NCBI GenBank assembly: GCA_965223005.1
Contig: CBDCVK010000006.1
Coordinates: forward strand, 1 to 64,000
Direction: 5' to 3'
DNA from: Terriglobia bacterium
GTDB taxonomy: Bacteria; Acidobacteriota; Terriglobia; JAJPHL01; JAPKYU01
DNA length: 64,000 nt
Of the stretch, positions 13,511 to 23,736 are shown piece after piece. The notes under the pieces were generated by a model, which made no database searches, was not told the origin of the DNA, and worked only from the letters and a program-made list of their open reading frames with translations. Position numbers and translations under genes: made by a program. Every line of letters starts with the position of its first letter. Within the stretch, counting starts at the first letter, position 1.

Positions 13511-15166
13511 CTATTCAGAGAAGCGCTGGGCGATGGGGAAGCGGCGGCCGATGCCGAAGGCCTTGGAAGTGACCTTCAGGCCGGGGGCGGCCTGTTGGCG
13601 CTTGTATTCGTTGCGGTCCACGTGCTGGCAGACCTGGCGCACCAGCTCCGGCGGCACGCTGTTCTTGGCGGCAATCTCGGCGGGCGACTCGAAGTCCTCG
13701 ATGTAGCCCTTCAGAATGGCGTCCAGAACTTCGTAGGGGGGCAGGGAATCGGTGTCCTTCTGATTGGGCCGGAGTTCGGCGGAAGGCGGTTTTTCAAAGA
13801 CCCGCTCCGGAACAGCACCGCCCAGGTGCTCGGGGCGGTTGGCCACCCGCGCCAGCTCATACACCATCGTCTTGGGGATGTCGGCGATCACCGCCAGCCC
13901 CCCAGCCATGTCGCCGTACAGGGTGGCGTAGCCCATCGCCAGCTCGCTCTTGTTGCCCGTGCTGAGCACCAGCGCGGAGAACTTGTTGGACAGCGCCATC
14001 AGCACGTTGCCGCGGGCCCGAGACTGCAAGTTCTCCTCGGTAACGTCTTCGGGCAGGCCGGCAAACACAGTTGCCGTCGCGTCCCGGTAGGCCTGCCAGA
14101 TATCGCCGATGGGCACCGTGTGAAACGCGATGCCCAGCGCCTTGGCCAGGGCCTGCGCATCCTCCAGGCTGGCTGGCGAAGAGTAGGGACCGGGCATCCC
14201 CACGCCGGTGACGTTCTCCGGGCCCAGGGCTTGGGCGGCGATGCAGACGGTGAGCGAAGAGTCAACGCCCCCACTTAGGCCGACCAGCGCCTTGCGAAAC
14301 CCGCACTTGCGCACGTAATCGCGCGTGCCCAGCACCAGAGCGCGGTAGACAGCTTCGTGTTCGTCCTCAAGTGACGGACGCGCCGCACCCCGGTTCGTGG
14401 CCGTGTCGTAGAGCAAAAGGTCTTCCTCGAATGCGCTGGCGCGGGCGCGCGTAACGCCGTCGGCGTCCACGACGGCGCTAGAGCCGTCGAACACCAGGCT
14501 GTCATTTCCTCCAACCTGGTTCACCAGCACGACTGGCATGCGGTGGCGCTTCGCCAAAGCCTCGAGCATGCTGTGGCGGAATTGGCGCTTGCCCATGGAG
14601 TACGGGGAGGCGGAGATGTTGATCAGCAGATTGGCTCCCTGCTTCACCAGTTCCTCAACAGGATCGCGCTCGTAGAGACGCCGGACCCAGAAGTTCTTGT
14701 CGTTCCAGATGTCTTCACAGATCGTGAGAGCCATCTGCCGTCCGCACAGCGAGAACAGTGACTGGCGCTCGGCGGATGCAAAGTGGCGCGCCTCGTCGAA
14801 GACATCGTAGGTGGGCAGCAACATCTTACGCTGGAGAAACTCGACCCGGCCGCCAGCCAGCAGCGCTGCGCTGTTAGTTGCCGCCTTGCCGGTTTCCTGC
14901 TCGGCCCGTCCGGCAAAGCCGCAGATGACCTGGATCGGCAGACGAGCCATCTCGCGCGCCAGGCGTTCCAGCTCTTGCTGGTTGCGCTCGAGAAACAGGG
15001 GCTTTTCTATCAGGTCCCGGGGCGGGTAGCCGGAGACTGCCATCTCGGGAAAAATGATCAGTTCGGCGCCGGCCGCCTGTGCTTGGCGGGCGAATTCCAC
15101 CATCTTATCGACATTGCCGGCCAAGTCGCCGACCGTGGTGTTGATCTGTCCCAGCGCCAGCTTCAC
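13511..15166 (-). CDS. nadE: Glutamine-dependent NAD+ synthetase
   Basis: Nitrilase domain (FPEM, K..LP.YDVFDE, ICED) plus GLSGGVDS, ENLQSR.RG, TGNKSE, PSAEL. Confidence 0.97.
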   Translation of the reverse strand: MKLALGQINTTVGDLAGNVDKMVEFARQAQAAGAELIIFPEMAVSGYPPRDLIEKPLFLERNQQELERLAREMARLPIQVICGFAGRAEQETGKAATNSAALLAGGRVEFLQRKMLLPTYDVFDEARHFASAERQSLFSLCGRQMALTICEDIWNDKNFWVRRLYERDPVEELVKQGANLLINISASPYSMGKRQFRHSMLEALAKRHRMPVVLVNQVGGNDSLVFDGSSAVVDADGVTRARASAFEEDLLLYDTATNRGAARPSLEDEHEAVYRALVLGTRDYVRKCGFRKALVGLSGGVDSSLTVCIAAQALGPENVTGVGMPGPYSSPASLEDAQALAKALGIAFHTVPIGDIWQAYRDATATVFAGLPEDVTEENLQSRARGNVLMALSNKFSALVLSTGNKSELAMGYATLYGDMAGGLAVIADIPKTMVYELARVANRPEHLGGAVPERVFEKPPSAELRPNQKDTDSLPPYEVLDAILKGYIEDFESPAEIAAKNSVPPELVRQVCQHVDRNEYKRQQAAPGLKVTSKAFGIGRRFPIAQRFSE

Positions 15167-15232
15167 AGCTTCATTATAGGCTTAACGTTACGGGCTCAAC
15201 ATATGTCTCAGTTTCGTTTGCAGGGACAGTCA

Positions 15233-15261
15233 TTGACAGTTCCACGCTCGATCGCTACCAT
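15233..15261 (+). promoter_or_regulatory. Sigma70-type promoter of pilT
   Basis: TTGACA (15233-15238), 17-bp spacer, TACCAT (15256-15261). Confidence 0.7.
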
Positions 15262-15302
15262 AAATACCGCTCGAATCGCTGTGTCTGCAGGGAGACGCTG
15301 TT

Positions 15303-16433
15303 ATGGCAACGACCCCGACCGCTACAAGGCCTGTTACTTCGTTTGACCGTTTCAATAACGTTTTGCGGGAGGCTGTCAGCAAGGGTGCTTCCGACCTTCA
15401 CGTCGTGGTTGGAAGCGGATTTCGCATACGCCTCAAAGGAGATATGGTATCGCCCGCGGACCCAAGCCCGTTGACTCCCGCAGACGTGGCCACGATTGCC
15501 GCCGGCATTCTGCTGGCGGGGCGGAAGTGTACTCGTGAAAACGTGGCCTCATTCGTCCAGGGAATCACCGACTTCGATTGTTCCTATAGCCTGTCGGAGG
15601 TCGGCCGGTTTCGCGTCAACATCTGCAGCCAGCGCGGTTCGCTATCACTGGTCCTGCGGCACATCCCGTTCAACGTCCCGGACTTCAGAAAGCTTGGCCT
15701 GCCGGAGGTGCTGGAAAAGGTCGCCATGACGGACCGCGGCTTGGTATTGCTGACCGGCACGACCGGTAGCGGCAAGTCCTCCACGCTGGCCGCGCTGATC
15801 AATCACATCAACCAGAACAGGAGCGCTAAGATCATCACCATCGAGGATCCCATTGAGTTCATATACCGCGACAGCAAGGCCAACATCATCCAGCGCGAGG
15901 TGGGCTCCGACACCGAGAGCTTTGCAAAGGCGTTACGCGCGGCCCTGCGCCAGGACCCCGACATCATCCTGGTGGGAGAGATGCGCGACACCGTCACCAT
16001 TGACATCGCCATGAAGGCGGCCGAGACCGGCCACCTGGTCTTCTCCACCGTGCACACCACCGACGCGCCCAAGACGGTCTCGCGCCTGATTGCAGTCTTT
16101 GATCCGGCCGAACAGCCAACTGTGCGGATGCGCCTGGCTGAGGTCTTGCAGGGTGTGATTTCGCAACGCCTGCTGCCCAAGGCCGATGACAGCGGCCGGG
16201 TGGTGGCCTGCGAAATCATGCGCCAGACCAAATCCATTCAGGAGTGCATCGAGGACCCGGAGAAGACCGACACAATGAAAGATTTCATGGAGAAGGGCCG
16301 TGAGATGTACGGCATGCAGACCTTCGACCAGCATCTGACGGATCTCTACCGGTCGGAAACCATCTCGCTGGACGTGGCCATGCATGCCGCCACCAGCCCG
16401 GCCGACTTCGAGCGAAATCTGCAATTCCAGTGA
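15303..16433 (+). CDS. pilT: Type IV pilus retraction ATPase PilT/PilU family
   Basis: ASDLH, GRFRVN, Walker A GTTGSGKS, TIEDPIE, ALRQDPD.ILVGEMRD, AAETGHLVFSTVHT, GMQTFD. Confidence 0.93.
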   Translation: MATTPTATRPVTSFDRFNNVLREAVSKGASDLHVVVGSGFRIRLKGDMVSPADPSPLTPADVATIAAGILLAGRKCTRENVASFVQGITDFDCSYSLSEVGRFRVNICSQRGSLSLVLRHIPFNVPDFRKLGLPEVLEKVAMTDRGLVLLTGTTGSGKSSTLAALINHINQNRSAKIITIEDPIEFIYRDSKANIIQREVGSDTESFAKALRAALRQDPDIILVGEMRDTVTIDIAMKAAETGHLVFSTVHTTDAPKTVSRLIAVFDPAEQPTVRMRLAEVLQGVISQRLLPKADDSGRVVACEIMRQTKSIQECIEDPEKTDTMKDFMEKGREMYGMQTFDQHLTDLYRSETISLDVAMHAATSPADFERNLQFQ

Positions 16434-16490
16434 TCGGAGGCCTCGCCCCGGAAAGTTTGCCCCGCCTGTTGCTTCGCTGAAAATACCCGC

Positions 16491-17516
16491 GTGTCTATGG
16501 AAACTTTCGACGTTTTGATTGTGGGGGGAGGCCCGACCGGGCTAGCCTGCGCCATTGAATGCCTGCGCCGGGGCCTCTCCTACGTCGTGCTGGAAAAGGG
16601 ATGCCTGGTCCAGTCCCTGGTGAACTACCCGGTCAACATGCTGTTCTTCACTACCGTTGAATTGCTCGAGATCGGGGACGTCCCCATGACCGCCCAACGC
16701 GACAAGCCCACGCGGGTCGAGACCCTGAAGTACTACCGGCGCGTGGCCCAGCATTACGGACTGCGCGTGCGGCAGTACGAGGTCGCACAACGGGTGGAGG
16801 GCGCCGATGGAAACTTTACGGTCCGCTCGCGCACCCGCACCGGCCAGGATCGCTGCTACCGCGCGCGCAAACTGGTGCTGGCCGCCGGCAACTACGGCCA
16901 GCCGAATTTGCTGGGCATTCCCGGCGAGCAGCTGGAAAAAGTCTCCCACTACTATCGGGAAGCCCACCCCTACTACGACAGCGACGTCGCCGTCATTGGC
17001 GGAAAGAACTCGGCGGCCGAAACCGCCCTGGAGCTCTACCGGCACGGGGCCCGTGTCACGTTGATCCACCGCGGCCCGGCGGTTTCCGACAAGGTGAAGT
17101 ACTGGGTCAAGCCGGATCTGGAGAACCGCATCAAGAATAGAGAAATCCGCGCCCTGTTCAACACCTCGGTCAGAGAGATCCAGCCGGAATACATCCTGCT
17201 CCAATCGGGCGTGCAATCGGGGGTGCAGTCGGGAAACGGTAGCGATCGGCTGAGGAATGATTTTGTCCTGGCCATGACCGGGTACCACGCCGACGTGGAG
17301 CTTCTGGCCCACTTGGGTGTGACCCTGGACCCGATTTCCGGCCGCCCGGACTGTGACCCGGAAACCTACCAGACGAATGTGGCGGGAATCTATCTGGCCG
17401 GCGTGCTGGTCGCCGGCATGCAATCTGCCGAAATCTTCATTGAGAACGGTCGCTTCCACGGCCGCCAGATTGCAGCCCACATCTCTCAACTACTGAGCCG
17501 ACACGCCCTGAGCTAG
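16491..17516 (+). CDS. ypdA: YpdA-family putative bacillithiol disulfide reductase
   Basis: GGGPTGLACA, EKGCLV.SL..YP..M.FF, HYYREAHPY, GGKNSA, KYWVKPD.ENRI, IFIENGRFH. Confidence 0.92.
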   Translation: MSMETFDVLIVGGGPTGLACAIECLRRGLSYVVLEKGCLVQSLVNYPVNMLFFTTVELLEIGDVPMTAQRDKPTRVETLKYYRRVAQHYGLRVRQYEVAQRVEGADGNFTVRSRTRTGQDRCYRARKLVLAAGNYGQPNLLGIPGEQLEKVSHYYREAHPYYDSDVAVIGGKNSAAETALELYRHGARVTLIHRGPAVSDKVKYWVKPDLENRIKNREIRALFNTSVREIQPEYILLQSGVQSGVQSGNGSDRLRNDFVLAMTGYHADVELLAHLGVTLDPISGRPDCDPETYQTNVAGIYLAGVLVAGMQSAEIFIENGRFHGRQIAAHISQLLSRHALS

Positions 17517-17605
17517 AGCTTCGGACTCTTCCAGCAACTGCTTCTTGCCGAAGCCCATGACGTCTGCTGTTTGGCGTGACAGGCTCCGTGTTATAGTAGG
17601 CACGT

Positions 17606-18076
17606 ATGGTTGGTGAAGTTTGGAAGACGGCGTCGGCGCTGGCCAAGGGAATGGCGGTGACCTTCAAGCACCTGTTCCGGCCAACCGTAACGGAGAATTA
17701 TCCCGACGAGCCGCCGAACTTTGAAGCGCGCTTCCGGGGTGTACATGTGCTGCAGCGCGATGGGAACGGGCTGGAAAAGTGCGTGGCGTGCTTCCTGTGC
17801 GCTGCCGCCTGTCCCTCCAACTGCATCTACATCGAGGCCGCCGAGAACACCGAAACACAGCGCATCAGTGCCGGCGAGCGCCATGCCACAGTCTATAACA
17901 TTGATTACAACCGCTGCATCTTCTGCGGTTACTGTGTCGAAGCCTGCCCCACCGACGCCATCACCCACGGGCACGCTTTCGAGATTGCCAGCTACAACAC
18001 CACCTCTCTCATTTACCGCAAGGAGCAGTTGCTGGCGCCGAGCAAGCCGCTGCCTGTGACCACTGCAACTCAGTAA
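17606..18076 (+). CDS. nuoI: NADH-quinone oxidoreductase subunit I
   Basis: TENYP, RFRG.H.L, two CxxCxxCxxxCP ferredoxin motifs. Confidence 0.95.
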   Translation: MVGEVWKTASALAKGMAVTFKHLFRPTVTENYPDEPPNFEARFRGVHVLQRDGNGLEKCVACFLCAAACPSNCIYIEAAENTETQRISAGERHATVYNIDYNRCIFCGYCVEACPTDAITHGHAFEIASYNTTSLIYRKEQLLAPSKPLPVTTATQ

Positions 18077-18195
18077 ACTGGCAGCTATGCCGGCTCGCGC
18101 CGGGGCAGGCCGCTGCCAGCCCCGGACGGCAACCTGTGAGTTGCGCACGCAGAGAGGCTTCACAAGCCCGGTCTTGCAATTCGCGCGAAGCTACA

Positions 18196-19281
18196 TCAGA
18201 GCTCAGGCAGGAACGGGGCTAGCAGCGGATCCGGTGACGCTCCCCGGATGACGGGAGCAAGCAATTGTGCCGTCAGCAGCCCCAGCAGGATTCCGTTGCG
18301 GAAGTGTCCGGCGTCGAGGAAGTAACCGGGCAGGGCGGTGGGCCCGATCCGGGGACGCCCGTCCGGGGAGGCGGGGCGCAGGCCGGTCCAGGTTTCAAGC
18401 GTGGGCGATTCTGCTAACCGTGGCACCAGCCGCTCAGCGGCAGAGCGGAGCCGGGCAATCGCGGCAGGGTCCACGGTCTTGTCAAAGCCAGCTTCTTCCA
18501 TTGTGCTGCCGATGAACAGGCGCCCATCGTCCTTCGGCACCACGTACACCCCCACAGTGTGCAGGACATGGGTCAACGACCAGCCCCGAATGGCCACGGC
18601 GAGCATCTGCCCCTTTACCGGACGGATGGATGCCGTCTCAGCTCCGGTGGCCGCGATGGTCGAAGCCCAGGCGCCGGCCGCGTTCACCACGGCGTCGGCG
18701 GCCAGGCGCGACCCGTCGGCCAACAACACACCAGCGGCACGCCCGTTTTGCTCGGCCACCTCGACTGCCGTGCCTTGACGGATATCAACGCCCCGGCGGC
18801 GACAGGCCTCGACTAGCGCAGCGGCCAGGCGCCGGCTGTCCACCTGGCTTTCGCCCGGCAGCAGATAGCCGCCCGGCGCGCGCACCTCCGGCTCCAGCAC
18901 CCGGACTTCCTGGGCGTCCAGATGCACGATAGGGACGCCTCGTTCGCGCTGCCAGGAGAAGTGCCGTTCCACCTCCTGGCGCATCTCATCGGAGTAGTAC
19001 AAGAACATCGCGCCTGCGGCACTATAGCCAGTGGTCAGGCCTGTTTCCTGTTCCAGTTCGCGAATGGAGTCCGGGTAGCGCGTCGCCGCCTCCAGACACA
19101 ACTCGAAGAAGTCTCCGGGAGTGGCGGCTTCCGCTGAAGGTGCTAGCATGCCGGCGGCCGCCCAGGTGGCTTCGCTGGCTGGTTCTTGCCGCTCCACTAG
19201 CACCACATCGGCGCCGCGCCGCCGCAATTCGCGCGCCAGCGCCAGGCCGATGATCCCGGCTCCAATGATGGCAACCTTCAT
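18196..19281 (-). CDS. thiO: Glycine oxidase ThiO
   Basis: GAGIIG FAD motif, ATWAAAGML, PVKGQ, WTGLRP, GHFRNGIL. Confidence 0.9.
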   Translation of the reverse strand: MKVAIIGAGIIGLALARELRRRGADVVLVERQEPASEATWAAAGMLAPSAEAATPGDFFELCLEAATRYPDSIRELEQETGLTTGYSAAGAMFLYYSDEMRQEVERHFSWQRERGVPIVHLDAQEVRVLEPEVRAPGGYLLPGESQVDSRRLAAALVEACRRRGVDIRQGTAVEVAEQNGRAAGVLLADGSRLAADAVVNAAGAWASTIAATGAETASIRPVKGQMLAVAIRGWSLTHVLHTVGVYVVPKDDGRLFIGSTMEEAGFDKTVDPAAIARLRSAAERLVPRLAESPTLETWTGLRPASPDGRPRIGPTALPGYFLDAGHFRNGILLGLLTAQLLAPVIRGASPDPLLAPFLPEL

Positions 19282-19308
19282 ACTTGTGTCTGGCCTGTCC
19301 CTGGCGGG

Positions 19309-20586
19309 TTACGGGAACGGCAGTCCTTGAACCACGCGGTAGGTGTCGCGCGCAATGAGCAATTCTTCGTCGGTGGGGATGACCCAGATGGCCACGCGGC
19401 TGCTGGGCAGCGACACCAGGCCCTCCCGCCCGGCCAGCGACAAGTTGCGGGTTTCATCAAGCTGGCAGCCCAGCGCATCCAGCCGCTCGCAAATCATCTG
19501 GCGAACCAGTGCGGCGTTCTGTCCGATGCCTCCGGTAAAGATCAGTCCATCCAGGCGTCCTAACGCAGCCCAATATGACCCGATGTACTTTCGGATGCGG
19601 TAACAGAACACCTCGACGGCCAGCTTGGAGCGCTCATCGCCGGCGGTCATCGAGTTCAATACCGTGCGCATGTCGTTGGAGTCGCCGCTGATTCCGTAGA
19701 GGCCGCTCCAGCGATTCAACAGCGTAGCTACCTCGTGCGGCGCCAGCTCCTCCTTGGTCATCAGGTGCAGCAGGATCGCCGGATCCAGGTCGCCCGATCG
19801 CGTGCCCATCATCACGCCTTCCAGCGGGGTGAACCCCATGGAAGTGTCCACCGACTGCCCGTTCTCGATCGCCGTCACCGAGCAGCCGTTGCCCAGGTGG
19901 CAGACAATCAGGTTGGCGGCGTTGCGCTCCGCGCCCGTCAGTTCCAGATAGCGGAACAAGACGTAGCGGACTGAAGTGCCGTGAAACCCGTACCGCCGGA
20001 TGCGCTGCCGCCGATAGTAGTCGTAGGGCAACCCGTAAAGGAAGGCATGTGGGGGCATGGTGTGGTGAAAAGCGGTGTCAAAGACCGCTACCTGCGGCAG
20101 TTCGGGAAACAGGTCGCGGCAGACGGAGTAGCCTTTCAGGTTGTGAGGATTGTGCAGGGGCGCAAGCGGAGTCGCTCGTTCAATGCCGCGGATCACCTCC
20201 TCGTCCATCAGGTGGGATTGTGTGAAGTGCTCGCCCCCGTGCACCACGCGGTGTCCGATGGCATCGATGGTGACGGTTCGCCGGCGCCGCTGCTGAGCCG
20301 GTGCGCCTGCCGCCGAGGCGGCCTTTGCTGGCTTAGGTTCCGGGCTCCGTTCCAGCAGGCCAACGGCACGCCCGATGGCCGCATGGTGGTTCAGCAGCTC
20401 TTCCATGCTGCGCTTCGGTGGGCGTTCGCCGAAAGTGTGGGTGAAGATGGCCTCCGCCGTCCCGATTTTCTCGATCATGCCGCTCAGGTGCACCAGGTCA
20501 GTGTGGGCGGCGATGCGGTCGCTATTGGTCTCGATCACCTGGAACTTCACCGACGAGCTACCACAATTCAGCACCAGGACGTTCAT
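19309..20586 (-). CDS. ackA: Acetate kinase
   Basis: LVLNCGSSSVK, GHRVVHGG, APLHNP, FDTAFH, RRYGFHGTS, HLGNG, DTSMGFTPLEG, TDEE. Confidence 0.97.
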   Translation of the reverse strand: MNVLVLNCGSSSVKFQVIETNSDRIAAHTDLVHLSGMIEKIGTAEAIFTHTFGERPPKRSMEELLNHHAAIGRAVGLLERSPEPKPAKAASAAGAPAQQRRRRTVTIDAIGHRVVHGGEHFTQSHLMDEEVIRGIERATPLAPLHNPHNLKGYSVCRDLFPELPQVAVFDTAFHHTMPPHAFLYGLPYDYYRRQRIRRYGFHGTSVRYVLFRYLELTGAERNAANLIVCHLGNGCSVTAIENGQSVDTSMGFTPLEGVMMGTRSGDLDPAILLHLMTKEELAPHEVATLLNRWSGLYGISGDSNDMRTVLNSMTAGDERSKLAVEVFCYRIRKYIGSYWAALGRLDGLIFTGGIGQNAALVRQMICERLDALGCQLDETRNLSLAGREGLVSLPSSRVAIWVIPTDEELLIARDTYRVVQGLPFP

Positions 20587-20778
20587 CTTCAGCGGGCTCC
20601 TGTCGGAGGCATTCTACCATCCTGCCGACACGGGTATCTTTAGCTTGTCCGATTTGGGCTTGCCGGATTCGGGCATGTCGGACTTGGTCGGGGTCTTGTT
20701 TGTCCGAGCAGGGAAGCGCGTTGCTGATAAGGAAGCGCGACTTGCTGTGTCCGTTCGCGTGTGCCACGATAGAACGCC

Positions 20779-23034
20779 GTGATTGTGGCTGCGTTATGGC
20801 TGGCGATGGCCTGCACGACTATGGTGACGCCTGAGGAACCCTCGGGCGCCATCGTCGGCCACGTACTTTTCCCCGACGGCACCCCGGTGGTTGGAGCCAA
20901 AGTGGTTGGGGCCAAGGTGGTTGGGGACAAGGTCGGACTCTCGAACGCCTCCGGGCAGCGGGCTGTAGAAACCAGCACCGACGCTCGCGGCCGATTTGCG
21001 ATCATCGGGCTCGCCCCCGGGCTCTATCGCGTGGCCGTGGAGCACGACAGCGTAGCCGCCGCAGAACGCACGGCCCAGGTGCCTCCGGGCAGGGAAGTCC
21101 GCGTAGAGTTGGTGCTGGCGGTGGCTGGACGGCGCGAAAGCGTCACAGTGACAGCCACGCTGGACCCGCGGCAAGCCGCCGGCGTGCCGTCCAGTGTGAC
21201 TGTGTTGGATGGGGAGCGGCTGCGCAACTCCCCCGGCGTCACCCTCGACGAAGTGCTGCGCGCGATCCCCGGCTTCTCCCTGTTTCGGCGCACAAGCAGC
21301 CTGGCCGCCCACCCGACCGCCCAGGGTCTTTCCTTGCGCGGGGTAGGACCCAGCGGAACCAGCCGCTCGCTGGTGCTGGTGGACGGATTTCCAGCCAACG
21401 ATCCGTTTGGTGGCTGGGTGCACTGGAATCGCGTCCCTCGCGAGGCGCTGGCTAGCGCAGAAGTGCTGCGCGGGGCCGCCTCCAGCCTCTACGGGAATGC
21501 GGCCTTGGCCGGTGTGGCCAGCATCCTTTCTGAGCGCCCACAACGGCGCACAGTCCGCGCCTCGCTGGCAGGCGGTAGTACAGGCTTGGTCGACGCCTCC
21601 TGGTTCGCCAGCACGCGTAGCGCGAACCAGCGCTGGGGCGTTTCGCTGGACGGAGAAGCCTTTCGCAACGACGGCTACTATGCTGTGAGGCGCCGGGACA
21701 GGGGTGCGGCCGATGCGCCCTTCGCCCTGTCCTACGTGACCGCGCGGTTGCGCTTGGAGCGGGAGTTACCGCGGGGCGGGCTGGCGTTCGCTTCCGCTGG
21801 TGTGCTTACCGAGGACCGCGAAAACGGAACGAGCCTTCGCGCCAACTCCACCGATCTTCGCTACGGTTCGTTGGGCGCGCAGTGGCATACGAGTGGGGGC
21901 AGCACGTGGCGCGCTGGACTTTTCGCGCAAGGGGAAACGTTCCGCAGCACCTTCTCGCGCCTCAGCGGCGACCGCAACCAGGAAACGTTGACGCTCAGCC
22001 AGCGAGTCCCCTCCAACTCCGTAATGGCGCGGGCGGACTGGTCGCGGCCGCTCGCCCGCCATCATCTGACGGCGGGCGGAGACCTGCGCTGGGTGGAGGG
22101 GGCGAGCCACGAGCAATCGTTCGGGAGACAAGCAATCCGTGGGGGGCAGCAATGGACGGGCGGGTTATTTGTACAGGATGTCTTCACGCCCGCACCGGCC
22201 TGGCAGGTGGTAGCCAGTGTGCGGGCTGATCGCTGGTCCAGCACGGACCGCGACAGCGGCCGCGTCAATTCGGCTACCGTATTCAATCCTCAACTGGGCC
22301 TGCGCTACCAGGCCTCCTCGCGAGTCGCACTGCGTGCTCAGGGCTATCGGGGATTTCGCGGACCCACCCTGAACGAACTCTACCGGCAGTTTCGCGTGGG
22401 CAACGTGTTGACGCTGGCGAACTCCAGCCTCCGGCCGGAGCGCGCCAACGGCGCCGAAGCAGGAACGGATGTGCAGCTCGGCACAAGCTTGCTGCGCTTT
22501 ACTGGGTTTTGGACCGAGTTGCGCGATCCGGTTTCCAACGTCACTCTTTCCATAGAGCAGCTCATTTTGCGCGAGCGCCAAAACGTGGGCCGAGCGCGCA
22601 TCCGGGGCCTGGAAGTCGACTGGGAATGGCGCTTTCGTCGCAAGGCCCAGTTCCGCCTCAGCTACCTCTTCGATGATGCGCGCGTCCGCCGCTTCGCTCC
22701 CGACCCCAGCCTGGAAGGGCTGCGGCTTCCACAGGTGGCGCGGCACCAAGGGTTTCTCGGCCTGCAACTGCCAATCTGGCGCGGCGGAATCTTGCACTTG
22801 CAAACACGGCTCTCCGGAGTCCAGTTCGACGACGACCGCAACCAGCTGCCGCTGGCCGGTTTCGCCCAAGCGGACCTGTCCTGGACGCAGCCATTGGGGA
22901 ATCACCTGGAATGGTTTCTGCGCTCCAGCAATCTTTTCGACCGCCGCTATCCGGTGGCCCGCACCCCGCTCGAAACCCTCGCCGCTCCGCGGTTAGTGCT
23001 GGTAGGAATCCGTTTCCGCTGGAACGACCGATAG
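20779..23034 (+). CDS. TonB-dependent receptor with N-terminal carboxypeptidase-regulatory-like domain
   Basis: Plug domain (SLRG, LVLVDG.P.ND, EVLRGAASSLYG), barrel motifs FRGPTLNELY, L.PE, NLFD. Confidence 0.92.
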   Translation: MIVAALWLAMACTTMVTPEEPSGAIVGHVLFPDGTPVVGAKVVGAKVVGDKVGLSNASGQRAVETSTDARGRFAIIGLAPGLYRVAVEHDSVAAAERTAQVPPGREVRVELVLAVAGRRESVTVTATLDPRQAAGVPSSVTVLDGERLRNSPGVTLDEVLRAIPGFSLFRRTSSLAAHPTAQGLSLRGVGPSGTSRSLVLVDGFPANDPFGGWVHWNRVPREALASAEVLRGAASSLYGNAALAGVASILSERPQRRTVRASLAGGSTGLVDASWFASTRSANQRWGVSLDGEAFRNDGYYAVRRRDRGAADAPFALSYVTARLRLERELPRGGLAFASAGVLTEDRENGTSLRANSTDLRYGSLGAQWHTSGGSTWRAGLFAQGETFRSTFSRLSGDRNQETLTLSQRVPSNSVMARADWSRPLARHHLTAGGDLRWVEGASHEQSFGRQAIRGGQQWTGGLFVQDVFTPAPAWQVVASVRADRWSSTDRDSGRVNSATVFNPQLGLRYQASSRVALRAQGYRGFRGPTLNELYRQFRVGNVLTLANSSLRPERANGAEAGTDVQLGTSLLRFTGFWTELRDPVSNVTLSIEQLILRERQNVGRARIRGLEVDWEWRFRRKAQFRLSYLFDDARVRRFAPDPSLEGLRLPQVARHQGFLGLQLPIWRGGILHLQTRLSGVQFDDDRNQLPLAGFAQADLSWTQPLGNHLEWFLRSSNLFDRRYPVARTPLETLAAPRLVLVGIRFRWNDR

Positions 23035-23146
23035 AAATTGCGGATTTCGATTTGCCACAGAGACTCAGAGGCACAGAGAGAAAGCAAGAGCTGGGCTTGG
23101 GGTCTTCAGAGTCTCTTAGGCGAGAATGCTGGTCTGAGATCAGCGG

Positions 23147-23596
23147 TCAGAACTGGCGTTCGGTGTCGAGAAGCAGGGTAACTGGGCCGTCGTTTACCAA
23201 TTCCACCTCCATCATGGCTTGGAAGACGCCCTGCTCGACAGGAACACTTTGCTCTTGGAGGAATTCAACAAAGTTTTCGTAGAGAGACCGCGCCAACTCC
23301 GGCCGTGCCGCGCGATCGAAGCTGGGGCGCCGCCCCTTGCGGCAGTCGCCGTAGAGAGTGAATTGCGAGACGGCCAGAACCGCTCCGCGCGTCTCCAGCA
23401 GCGAGCGGTTCATTTTTCCTTCGTCGTCCTCAAAGACGCGCAGGTGGGCGATCTTCTCCGACAGGTGGCGAGCCGCCTGCTCGTCATCCGCGCTGCCCAC
23501 ACCCAGCAACACCAGCAGGCCGCGCCCGATCTGGCCGGTGATCTGCCCGTTCACCTTGACCTGGGCCCGGGAAACCCGCTGGATTACGGCGCGCAT
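23147..23596 (-). CDS. dtd: D-aminoacyl-tRNA deacylase
   Basis: [26 protein letters not shown]. Confidence 0.98.
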   Translation of the reverse strand: MRAVIQRVSRAQVKVNGQITGQIGRGLLVLLGVGSADDEQAARHLSEKIAHLRVFEDDEGKMNRSLLETRGAVLAVSQFTLYGDCRKGRRPSFDRAARPELARSLYENFVEFLQEQSVPVEQGVFQAMMEVELVNDGPVTLLLDTERQF

Positions 23597-23736
23597 GCTA
23601 CCTCTCTCGTGGGCGTTTTCCCGCCAGCGGAGATTGTCCTTCCTGTACCTGGCGGATTCCAGCTGGTGTAATCCCTAAATGGCGGCAGTGGGAGCACCCA
23701 GCTGAGATGGGGCTGATTTTTAGGTGCGGGTGTGGG

